Source of the DNA: Octopus bimaculoides
Taxonomy: Eukaryota
Direction: 5' to 3'
Length of the DNA: 49,726 nucleotides
NCBI RefSeq assembly: GCF_001194135.2
Contig: NC_068983.1
Span: 18,216,005 to 18,265,730 of the forward strand
Below, in pieces: positions 26,893-37,690 of the stretch (position 1 is the stretch's first letter; every line of letters begins with the position of its first letter). The notes under the pieces were generated by a model. That model was not told the DNA's origin. It saw only the letters and a program-made list of their open reading frames with translations, and searched no databases. The translations under genes and the position numbers were made by a program.

Positions 26893-27189
26893 TGTGCCTC
26901 AGAAAAACCTATTTATGTAATAAGATGCTCGGGCTGCCACGAACACTACATTGGGTCCACGAGATTATCGCTCATTCGCAGATGCACTCTGCATCGACAG
27001 CAGATTGCATTCCCAGAGTACCGAATGATACCCTTTAGTGAACATATTGAGAAATACGCAAAACAAATCCTACCACAATTTATAATCTTTCCATTCTATC
27101 AATGTGCCATTGGAACACCAACACAAATTAGATTAAATAAGGAAACCTTCTTCATTCAAAAATATAAACCCAAACTTATCCGTTGCTAA
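26893..27189 (+). mobile_element. Penelope-like GIY-YIG endonuclease domain, stop-free (CxxC type)
   Basis: Open frame without an upstream start: CASEKPIYVIRCSGCHEHYIGSTRLSLIRRCTLHRQQIAFPEYRMIPFSEHIEKY...FIIFPFYQC...RLNKETFFIQKYKPKLIRC*. Confidence 0.9.
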
Positions 27190-27373
27190 CACTTTTAAAT
27201 AAGGAAATTTACCTCACTGAGAGAAAAAAAATTTGAACAAAACCTAACATTCTATTCCTTCTAAACCAAACCATGGTAAATTAATCAAGATATATCACCT
27301 CCTATATTTCGATTATCTCCCTTATACCGGAAAAAATCCCTGACTACCTCCCCCTATCTAGAACTCTATTTTA

Positions 27374-27443
27374 CACACTGGAGCGAAGATATGTTACGAT
27401 ACAAGTAGAGGAATTTGAAAAGACAACACGAAACCGGTTATTT
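27374..27443 (+). ncRNA. Highly degenerate hammerhead-like motif in PLE 3' region
   Basis: CTG--GA GCG ...long insert... CAC GAAA CCGG TT. GAAA followed by palindromic CCGG and UH is the minimal-hammerhead signature. The core lacks 2 nt and stems I/II are broken. About 190 nt downstream of the GIY-YIG stop. Confidence 0.25.
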
Positions 27444-28043
27444 CTCCAAATACAATGTTTATATACCCAACATTTTATAACATTTTTCTGACATAACAAT
27501 TTAAATATATACTTTAACCATGTAACACAAGCCTTCTGTAGTTTTTTCACTCTTGTTTATCTTGTATACTTCCAACCACGTGCTTTCACATACCAACTTT
27601 CTCCCCTATATATATATATATATATCGTATATATATACCACACATGTACCACCCCTTCCTACTTCCTCCCAACCACACGACCGATATGCTGTCCACCACA
27701 CTGTTGATTTCCTATTCATCCTCCGGTATTTTCCATTTAACTGCTGTCGCTATAATACTAAAATACCGACATTAATACCGCGTGACCTTTCTCGACCACT
27801 CGCAGACTAGCATCCAGTAATAAACATTGACTCTTTTCAATCGATCTCTCACTCAGACTCCAATGACCGAAGACTAGCCACGCGCTTGAAACTACCAAAG
27901 ATTCTGCATCAGACTGTTTTGATCCATTCACGTAACTTCTCAATAAATGTGTTGAGTGCCCTTCTTTCGTTTGACTATTCACTCGTACAATTGCTCTAAG
28001 CTATGTTGAACGCCAATCAAGAATGTCTGATCAACAGTTTGCA

Positions 28044-29535
28044 ATGGAGAGACAACCATTTCGGTACTCACTGTGGAATATACAAATTCCTCCAAGGAAA
28101 ATCTACTGGACGCGACTCACAGAGAAGTCCGAAAGTGTCATCAAAACGAATGCGCTGGAAAGCTTTCTTCTAAGAGAACCATTCCATTAATACTTCTGTG
28201 GGTAAATTTGCCTTTAAATCCCCAAAGTACCCCTGCAACTGAAAAACCTTGAGAACTTCGAGACTGGCTTATGGAACATTGTAAAGAAGGTTAGTTTCTG
28301 GCATTATTCTAACCCCTTCCTTATATCCTTAAATGACTACATGACCAGTATTAAACAACCTCCCAATATACATATTCTCGCAGACAAAATAAAGAATATT
28401 TTCGAATCAAACATTCCCACACATTCAAGTCTCCTCACAAGCCCCATCACTAAAATATACAAACAATACCCGTAATTCCGCATAGCATAACTTTAAAATA
28501 GAAGAAAATGAGCTAGCTACCCGCCTTAAGTTAGAAGAACGCGTGGACCGCCTCACACCCGACCACCCCAATATTACACTTAAGAACCATAAGCCTAATT
28601 TCCATTCCAACCCAAAATACAGACTAATCAATCCTTGTAAAAACGAAGTGGATATTTTTAGCAAGCATATTTTTGATATTATCAACTTTGGCATCAGAAG
28701 GCCTACAGGATTGACCCAATGGAACTCCAGCGCGGCTGTGATACACTGGTTCCACAGTATGAAGAATAAATCAGCCTGGAAATTCACCTAGTTCGACGTT
28801 GTTGACGTCTACCATTCCATATCTAAGCCCCTTCTCCTGAAGGTCCTAGCTGTTGCCCGACAATTTTTCCAGCATTAGTGATCGTGACATCAGAATCATC
28901 ATGAATGCCAGAAAGTCAATCCGGGTCCATGATGATTTCTTCTGGGTGAAAAAAGAAGGCGATCTATTATTTGATGTCTCCACGGGGAGCTTTGACATGA
29001 GTGAAATCTCCGACCTCGCCGGGTTATACATTTTGGATACGCTCAAGAGATGTACCCATCCACATATGTCGGCCCCCTAGAGGGTCGACGGCCTGACTAT
29101 CTCAGGCCATATGAATAGCTACGCCATGGAACGTTCAGGAAGGACTTGATAAAAATATTCAAGATTTCGGATTAACTACGGTCGATTTTTTTGACGTAAC
29201 CTGAGACATGAATAGAGGCAAATACTACCCTTACAGGAAGCCTAATGAAGAAACGGTATGTATCCACATGAACTCAGACTACCACCCACACTGTAACCAG
29301 AAATCTGGTCTCAGACATTTGCAAACTGGTATTTAAACTCTCAGCCAATATGGAGATATTTAATAGGGACACCCGCCCCCCACAGCAACAATGATTTGGG
29401 TAGGAACAGATTTTCTAAGAAATTTACGTATGTGACGAACTCCAAACAGCCTCTTCTCACCCGAAGAGAACTAGGAAAAGGAAAATAATGTGACATAAAC
29501 CCCCATTAAACCTAGAAGTTTCTACCATTATAAAG
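28044..29535 (+). mobile_element. Penelope-like element ORF (N-terminus plus RT), 3'-truncated, degenerate; RT signature resembles Naiad-type PLEs
   Basis: ATG at 28044: MERQPFRYSLWNIQIPPRKIYWTRLTEKSESVIK/RMRWKAFF; ILADK; ITLKNHKPNFHSNPKYRLINPCKNEV; QWNSSAAVIHWF; FDVVDVYHSIS; FDVSTGSFDMSEISDLAGLYIL; RVDGL; YYPYRKPN; RKRKIM*HKPPLNLEVST. Several stops and frameshifts. The clade name is recalled, not tested. Confidence 0.9.
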
Positions 29536-29664
29536 AACAGCTACAATCAAGAGATGTGCCTTTATATTGCTCTGTGTTACATAACTTAGAATATATTTTC
29601 AGTGCATCGAGTACTAAAAGTATTTCATTGTTATCAATTTTAAGGCAGCGAGCTGTCAGAATCG

Positions 29665-29785
29665 TTTGCACTTCGAGATCGATAAAATAAGTATCAGTTG
29701 AACACTGGGGTCGATATAATCTACTTAACCCTCTGTCGAAATTACTGGCCTTGTGCCAACATTTGAAACCAATATTGTTTTCCAA
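29665..29785 (+). mobile_element. SINE 3' half
   Basis: GATAAAATAAGTATCAGTTG..ACTGGGGTCGAT...GGCCTTGTGCCAA.ATTTGAAACCAATATT; shared with 36735-36910 (-) and 37480-37690 (+). Confidence 0.7.
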
Positions 29786-30773
29786 GTTATTGATGAAAGT
29801 ATGTGGAATTTCTAATGTTCAACATATTGCCTTTCCATTGGAACCTGAATCATTCGAAGTGGTTACTGTTCTGTTAAGAGCAAAATCACTGTTGTATGTT
29901 TTTAAATATCAAGAGAAAAATTAACGTTTGTGACAAATCGTTATGAGACGAAATCTTTCCGAGTGTCATTACGTTTTTCTAGTAGAGTTATTATTTAGAT
30001 TTCTGAAAAGTTGTTCCCCAGTTATTATTCTATGGAAAATATATAGTTTAAAGTATGTTTTTACAGATTTTGATACATATAATCCTCAGTAGAACTTTGG
30101 GCCGTTTCTTTTATCAATTACTGAAAGAACACAAGCACCACGCGATAAGATAAATATCATTTATGTATAAAAGAACAGGACAGTTACAACATATAAGAAA
30201 ATGTTTTGGAATTTAAAGTATACAAAAGTTTTCATATACATAAACGTATCATTACTACTCTTAGAATGATTGCTGTTCCTTGTTTATAATCAAATTTTAC
30301 GCTTGCTATATCAGAAATGAAATGGAAATGTGCTACCAAATGATGGTAAGGTGATATTCAATTCTGCTTCGCTTTATGTCAAACCATATCGGAATACAGT
30401 GTACCTAAAATCATTATCCAATAAATATTCACGTTTTGTTTTGATACGTTAGCAACCACTTAAGAATTTGCTCATTTTTATTTCAAATTCCTGGCAATAA
30501 CTCTATGATTTCTATAGTAAGAGAATAAATAAAGGTAAATTTACTACAATGATCAAAAAATATTTTATGTACAAATGTAAAATTTCCTCAAATTCTGTGG
30601 AACGATTTGTAACAGCTCTATAAACTTGTAACACAAGTTTATAAATACAGATGTATTTACCATTTTCTCTCCTGTATTCGTAAGTGTACAATTACATAGT
30701 AGTTTGTGGTAATCAAATATACATAAGTGTATATGTGTGTGTTTATGAGTGAGAGGGAGTTTATATCGATTAT

Positions 30774-30817
<44 letters not shown>

Positions 30818-30906
30818 TACATATATACATGTATATATGTATATACACACATATGTATTCATAATCTACATAAAAATATATACATACATACACACACACA
30901 TATATA

Positions 30907-30950
<44 letters not shown>

Positions 30951-31202
30951 NNNNNNNNNNNNNNNNNNNNNNNNNNNNNNNNNNNNNNNNNNNNNNNNNN
31001 NNNNNNNNNNNNNNNNNNNNNNNNNNNNNNNNNNNNNNNNNNNNNNNNNNNNNNNNNNNNNNNNNNNNNNNNNNNNNNNNNNNNNNNNNNNNNNNNNNNN
31101 NNNNNNNNNNNNNNNNNNNNNNNNNNNNNNNNNNNNNNNNNNNNNNNNNNNNNNNNNNNNNNNNNNNNNNNNNNNNNNNNNNNNNNNNNNNNNNNNNNNN
31201 NN

Positions 31203-31234
<32 letters not shown>

Positions 31235-33574
31235 AATGCATATATGTACATGCATATATGTGTGTGTGTGTTTGTATAAATGCATGTGTATTTTGTAGCA
31301 TTGATGTATGTGGAGTTAACCTTCTACCTCTATATCGAATATCCCCATATAACATATAACGCCATTGCATCATTATAGAATACTGAGTGTTTCTAAAACT
31401 CCAACACTGAAACGTTCTTTTACTTCATGATAAAGAAATCCAGATAAAAACGAATAGTTATTCGTATATTTCACAGTCATTATTTTATATTTGCTAACTT
31501 TATATACTATTCAACGAATAACTTTATGTCACTATAGTACTATGAACCCAAAGAACAAAGTAAGATCAACGCAGTAAATTGTGTAGAACAGAGCAAAAGG
31601 GATATATTAGATAATGTAATCGTAGGTAGACGATACTCTCGTGAAGGTCTGAATTTCTCATTGGTTAAACAACAGTTCAGTGAAGGCTGGCCAAAGCTTA
31701 ACAAGTATTATCAGTTAGAAGTGGTATACCATTTATGTCAATATCAAATCAGCTTTTTACTAATTTACCCTCCCTGGATTGTTTGGTGTTTATACTTGAG
31801 TTTCAGCAGATTCCTATATGAGAGATATTTATCAGCAGCATAATTAACAAAATAGAGCACATCTCTATCAAGTCCGTGTTACTTCAAAACATTTAACCTA
31901 TATTTTTGATAAATCTTCCATTTTACTTGTATTAACTAGAAATATATCCGCTTTCATCTGTACGGAAGGGTTTTATTGGACTGAAAAGAGACAAGCTGGT
32001 TATTGGTAAAAATATAATTATTATTCTAGGAACATTAATGTGCGTCAACACGAGAAAGATTTTAATCTATGGATAAGAAGTTAATAGCCAAGAACTGTTA
32101 ATCCATACTAATGTCCCTGAATCACTACCATCCATTTGCTTCTATACAAGGAAAAACGCACATACATCACACAATCGCTCACTTGTACATGCACACAATC
32201 ATATACACATAAGGAAATGGGATGTGCGGTAGGGGAGGGGGACAGAACAGCATTGGACTAAACGCATTATACAATGTTCAACGTTCATATTTGGCATTTT
32301 ATCAAATTCAATTTATCTCTTCGAAGTCGAGAAAATACATACGATTAGTAATACACTTGGATTATTTACTAAACAATACATTTCCGCTACAAAAATAAAA
32401 AGTGTACTCTTCTGACATTATACCATATTTACAATAACAAGATAGCTACATTAAAAAAAAAAATAGATACACATTAATGTACTGATTTTCTTTTCAGTTC
32501 AGTAATGTAAAATCTGAATTTCAATGAAATGCAATGCTTACTAGAATAGTCGAACAAAACAACATGGTTTCAGTTGTAAATTTGGCAACTATTCCTGGTT
32601 GGTTGTTTAAAAGTTTCGCAAATATATTGTATAGGTCATGATAACATACACCAATCAAATGCTTAATATTTTTAAAAGTAGAAATGTTAAAACTTGGTAT
32701 TTAAATATGTTTATCTATACCATTGGTTCTTACAATTTTACTAAACCTAACACATCCACTCCCAACACAGCTACAGTCAGTTTTCCTTTTCTTGCCTACA
32801 AATTTCTCAATATTCCGTCGCCATTTTCTATAGCAATCATGTCTAATATTTATTAGTGCAGCTTCAGAACCACTACTTATTAGGAGAATATAATGTGAAA
32901 CCGTTTTTGAACTGCATTATGACTATGAAGAATAAATAATATTCATGCTAGGAAATTTAAGTAATTCATATGAAATTATAACGATGTTCTATTGCTGTCT
33001 TTGTGTATTCTACTTATCTGCGAAGGCATAGCATTTGATTTTAAAATTTAACGACACCAATTTCGTAAACTCTCGTTTCTGTCTCCAGACACTTTCCCAG
33101 TCTAACGATTAGCAGAATACCTGACTATTATGTCATTTTGCGTCGTAGTCAGGAAATTTACGACTTGCTTTATTAAAGACAGTTATATGAGACATTCTGA
33201 GGAAGCGATTCATATTTGTCTAAGAGCACTAGTTGTTAATATAAATTTTAGCATTACTGTATAATCAATATTCGAAATAGTAATAATAGATGTGAAACGT
33301 TTGAATTTATCTCTTTGTTGTGTAGAGTGATATTCATAATTTCCTATAAGGATTCAATTCAACATGAGCTAAAGTGATTTTGTCAGAAATATCGATGACG
33401 CCTGAAACAGTTAAATGTAATTCCAACTCCAACTTCCACCTTTACAATAACTATTCCTTTTGGCTATATAAGGAATTACGAATTAGTTGGAAGGTCGTAC
33501 ATGTCAAAAGTTAAATAAGACCTGAATAATTTATTCATCGATTGCCCGTGCTGTTTGTGGCGGTGGTTGTTTTG

Positions 33575-33621
33575 GTGGTGGTGATGATAGTAGTAGTTGT
33601 AGTAGTAGTGGCAGCAGCAGT

Positions 33622-33684
<63 letters not shown>

Positions 33685-33685
33685 T
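33575..33685. repeat. Compound trinucleotide microsatellite (TAG/CAG)
   Basis: Direct reading. Confidence 0.95.
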
Positions 33686-33689
33686 GATG

Positions 33690-33810
33690 TTACTGATTTA
33701 GGTAAGAGGATGTAAAACAAAGTTGACCTCGGCATATTTACTCTGAAAGTAAAGGACTAGCAGAAATGCCGCTACGCGCTAAACATTTTGTTTGACGTTC
33801 TAACAATTCT
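33690..33810 (-). mobile_element. SINE head fragment
   Basis: GGATG.AAA.CAAAGTTGACCTCGGC...CTAAACATTTTG...GACGTTCTAACAATTCT matches the reverse complement of the 37480 family head. Confidence 0.6.
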
Positions 33811-33829
33811 CACTACTTTTTACGCTAAA

Positions 33830-33831
<2 letters not shown>

Positions 33832-33891
<60 letters not shown>

Positions 33892-33914
33892 GTAGTAGTA
33901 GTAGTAGTAGTAAT
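33832..33914. repeat. (TAT)n(TAG)n microsatellite
   Basis: Direct reading. Confidence 0.95.
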
Positions 33915-34099
33915 AGAACTAGTAGCAGTTTTTGTGGTGGAAATAATCATAATGTCTTCATTATTAAATTCTTAAGTACTCACTAAAATATTGGGGCCGG
34001 TATAGGACAATACAATGTGGAATAACATGAAAGAAGGTGTAGAAAAACAGAACAACTGTAAGAATAAACGTTAAACAATTTCCTCCGAAGACAGAGGTT

Positions 34100-34850
34100 T
34101 ATGTGGGCTACTCGTGGGAATCTCACAAAACCACGATCACCTTGATTAATCAGACACGTTTCGTTTCACTTTTTCCTCCTCCATTCTGCCAAGCTATGTA
34201 CAAGTTAGGCCTGTTCACTCGGATCATGTCCGCCGCTCTTATCCATATTTCAACAAATTATCATCCTCTTCTCTTCCCTAATTTGTCTTTTCAATTAAAA
34301 AAGGCTGCCGCTAAAATGCTATGCTATGTTCACCAGACAGATAAAAACATTAACACCACCTTTCCTCAATAAACAGAAGGTGCTGTGACGGTCTTCACAG
34401 TGGCGGCAGCTTGTTGTCAGATCTGTTCTACACGCTACAGTAGACATTCTACAAAACAGCAGAAGTCAGTATTCCTAGGCGCTGAAAAAATGCATGCAGA
34501 ACAGATTCCTTTCTCTACATGCACCACGGGAATACCCCGCTTACAACAATTTCACGCTTAAACAGATAATCTCAAATTGGCAATGCTCCCCATTTCGGCC
34601 GAGCTAGCAGGCCACCAATGATATCCGGATGTTAACTGCCGTTTGCTTCTGTTCGATGCCATGAATTTATCCAAAACGTCATTATTCATGCCTGCTACTA
34701 AACCCACTATGGAATGCCAAAGTGAAACTCCCATTAACCTCATTGCCCAATTGGAAGAGCGCTGTGAGCCTCTGACAACACAACAGCTAACAGGTGAGGG
34801 GCCTTGTTACACGCTTGATTCAGGACTGCACATTTAAAGAAACTAAATGT
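34100..34850 (-). mobile_element. Possible highly decayed L1/Tx1-like LINE remnant
   Basis: GC-elevated island. Minus-strand peptides TTSCRHCED and FVEIWIRAADMIRVNRPNL loosely recall the knuckle and C-terminus of Tx1-type ORF2. Weak. Confidence 0.25.
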
Positions 34851-35059
34851 AGAAATGCAGTTCCGATGAACGTTGACAACACCTGTGCAGCGTCAAGAAA
34901 ATGCTAAAGATGTTTCCTTGCAGAAAAGTGACAGTTTGAAAAACTGGAAAATGAAAAAGAAAACAGAAAGAAGCAAAAGGGAGAATGATAGTTATTTCCC
35001 CTCTCATCGTAATAAATAAGGCTGAAAAGAAATTGGACTACAGTCTGCGGTACAGCTGT

Positions 35060-35590
35060 TCAATGAGGAGAACGTGATACTCGCCAATTCGTCAACAGGA
35101 ACTTAGGCATATGCTTACAGCTGCTGAAATTTTCGGATCTAGAGTTCAGCTGTGTATTAAATTTCTTAGATCTAAACAGGATCTGAATTCTTTCAGCTAC
35201 ATATAGCTTACATTTGTTTGGTCCGTTGACATATGGTGTGAATTATTTTACTATTTTCACTTCATAGTATATGATGTGGCATTCAATCTCAAGTTCCTTA
35301 CGTAGCTAGCCAAATTAGTAGCTTTACTTTTGCCTCTCTGTCGGAAAGCAATATTGTGTTTAGGACAGCAACTTTTGAAGTCACCTTCACATATAGATCA
35401 TCTTGTGTCTTATTTTATCATCTATCTGCCTCATATATAACGGATTTGATCATACATCCCAGGTCGAGTTCACTAGTTCCTGCGTCTCGATATTTACAAC
35501 TGGAAGTAGATCCTTGGTGTTGTTCTCGAATAATGATATTTCCGTATCGGGGCAGTGGTTACATGAAAATTTCATTGAACGACTGTTATA
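35060..35590 (-). mobile_element. Penelope-like linker plus GIY-YIG C-terminus (type lacking CxxC within the nuclease; fits the 28044-29535 RT type)
   Basis: Minus strand with frameshifts: NSRSMKFSC; CKYRDAGTSELDLGCMIKSVIYEA; ICEGDFKSCCPKHNIAFRQRGKSKATNLASYVRNLRLNATSYTMK*KIVK*FTPYVNGPNKCKLYVAERIQILFRSKKFNTQLNSRSENFSSCKHMPKFLL. Matches the PLE pattern CNCR..CPL.G.C...VIY.A...EG.FK.RY..H..SFR...T.LS..IW..K...WKI...C.LC..EK..I...LN.RSE....C.H..K.LL. Confidence 0.8.
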
Positions 35591-35612
35591 TATATATATG
35601 TGGCTCCCATTT

Positions 35613-35653
<41 letters not shown>

Positions 35654-36504
35654 CACATTTATGTAATGCACGTCTGCTTGCATTCGCGAGTGTATGCACC
35701 GAGTTTGCGATTTTTGGCAACCATGTTTCACTCATGAACACCCTTGAAATAAAGTGTAATAAAATACACTTGTTCACAGTAGAAAACTAAGAAAATTGGA
35801 GCTATTGTTTCTACAAACTTTGTAACAACGAAATAATGACACTATAACATTAGGATGCATTCTCACTTCATCTGCTAGCTCAAAAACTATTTGCGTGTAT
35901 TCATAAGACATGCAACAGGAATGAGAATTCTTCAACCTTTCTTGGTATCTTTATGAAAGCGAAGGAAATATGATTGAGGAAAGGACGAAAATTGCAAAAC
36001 ATGCATGTTTGAATTACATGCTAGAAGTTAAATGTTTGAAGGAAAAACGAGAAGAACTGCATGAATATATAAAAAAAAGATGGATGATATTTAGAATAAA
36101 CTGAAAAATAATAGTTAATCTAGTTAAGAAAGAGCTATTCTTGTTAACATCAACAAGAAATAAAATTGGGAAATGAGGAGAAAAATGAAAGCGATTGAAA
36201 ATAATATCAAATAGTCGGAGACGTCGAAAAAGAAGTTAGAATGGAAGAAAAATATTGTGAATAAGGAAATACGAGAAGAAAAACTTATAAAAATACATAA
36301 AGAAGAAAAACATATAAAATTGAGACCACGCAGTTGAAAAAAGTGTATGAAAAGAAAAGACAGAAATGACCTATACGGTGCGCAAAAAAACAAATATATG
36401 AATTCGATGCAAAAATTTGAAAAATAAAAGAGGAGGAAAATGAGAAAACAAAAAATAATGAAATGAAAAGTAGAAAAAGCAAAACCCTTTGAAATGCTTT
36501 CCTT

Positions 36505-36560
<56 letters not shown>

Positions 36561-36734
36561 GCATTCGCATTCTAAAATACTTAAATTTTATTTTTCCTTT
36601 TTGTTGTTATCTTTCAGATATTTAGTTTCTGTTTGTGACTTTCTGTTTGAAATCTCTTGCAAAGGGCAACTGAATTTGAATCTTAGATTTCATTAGTTCA
36701 CTCGGCGTTAGAAATATGCTTGAAATAATTATAA

Positions 36735-36910
36735 CATCGGTTTCAAATTTTGGCACAAGATCAGCAATTTCAGGAGAGGGGATAAATCGATTACGTCATC
36801 CCTAGAATACAAGTTGTAATTATTTTATTGACTCCGAAAGGATGAAATGCAAAGTTGACCTCTAAGGGATTTGAACTCAGATCGCAAAGACGTAGCATTT
36901 CGTGCGTTGT
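36735..36910 (-). mobile_element. tRNA-derived SINE (same family as 37480-37690)
   Basis: Minus strand: GAGTTCAAATCCC (B-box)...TTTCATCCTTTCGGAGTCAATAAAATAA...CTTGTGCCAAAATTTGAAACC. The central segment resembles the Meta-type SINE domain as recalled. Confidence 0.75.
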
Positions 36911-37244
36911 TGTTGTGTAGTGAACGGGTAGTGAATGTGGTTTATGATTTTGTAGGTAACATCTTATACATAACCATAAGGATCAAAGCGTTGGCTACTA
37001 CGCTGGAGACCTTATTCAGACCGGACCTCTATATAGGGGAGGATAGAGAGAAATCTCGAACAGGATGGTCAGTCTCACTCAGAAATGGGCCCATTTGAAG
37101 CTGTCCTTTAAAGGGAAGGTGGTGTGCTACTGCTTGACTGATTCACCCTCTTCCAGAAAACCTTTGATCACTTTTTGAACGCAGGAAATTCCGCTTCTTG
37201 CATATGATATGATTAATGCCTGCATTGTATTTCATCTATGGCCA

Positions 37245-37275
<31 letters not shown>

Positions 37276-37277
37276 AG

Positions 37278-37397
37278 GTTCTGTGGACCCACAACTGATG
37301 ATAAATATGCAAAGCAAACACTAACTATGACACTTCTACTTGAATTCCTTATTGTTTTAATGACGCCAAAGACAGTGAACACACGTGGTCATTACTC
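37278..37397 (+). other. Candidate 120-nt internal exon (unverified)
   Basis: (CT)n-AG acceptor at 37276-77 and GTAAGT donor at 37398. Length is divisible by 3 with exactly one open frame: FCGPTTDDKYAKQTLTMTLLLEFLIVLMTPKTVNTRGHY. No recognisable homology. Confidence 0.25.
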
Positions 37398-37479
37398 GTA
37401 AGTCAGTTTCTGATATTGTTTAGCATGCGTTTCTGAGTCAAACACAAACGAATCTTTGGTGCTTAGCTAAAAGTATATA

Positions 37480-37690
37480 GACGCCGAACTAACAGAATCG
37501 TTAGCATGTCGGACAAAATGATTACCGGCATTTTTTCCGACTTTTTAAAGTCATGTATTCAAATTCCATCGCGGTGGAGTTTACTTTTCATCCCTTCGCG
37601 GACACTAAAATAAGCACCAGCCGAATACTCGCATCACATTAATCGACTACTCAATCCCTAAAATTGTGGGCCTTGTGCGAAAATTTGGTG
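37480..37690 (+). mobile_element. tRNA-derived SINE, near full length, diverged
   Basis: CAGAATCGTTAGCATGTCGGACAAAATG head, decayed B-box TATTCAAATTCC, TTTCATCCCTTCG...TAAAATAAGCACCAG, GGGCCTTGTGC tail. Confidence 0.75.

Noticed and set aside
27864-27910. CCGAAGA...AGC CACGC GCT T GAAA upstream of the Penelope ATG as a hammerhead
   Set aside because: The position is suggestive, but the core is mutated, stem II is out of register, and no GUH or palindromic stem III follows.
34862-34905. CCGATGA...TTGAC...GTCAA GAAA hammerhead-like string
   Set aside because: It is on the opposite strand to the adjacent PLE fragment, with a mutated core and no stem I or III.
36124-36570. 148-aa hydrophobic ORF resembling a membrane protein
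   Set aside because: It is the antisense reading of a low-complexity A/G-rich tract plus (CT)n.
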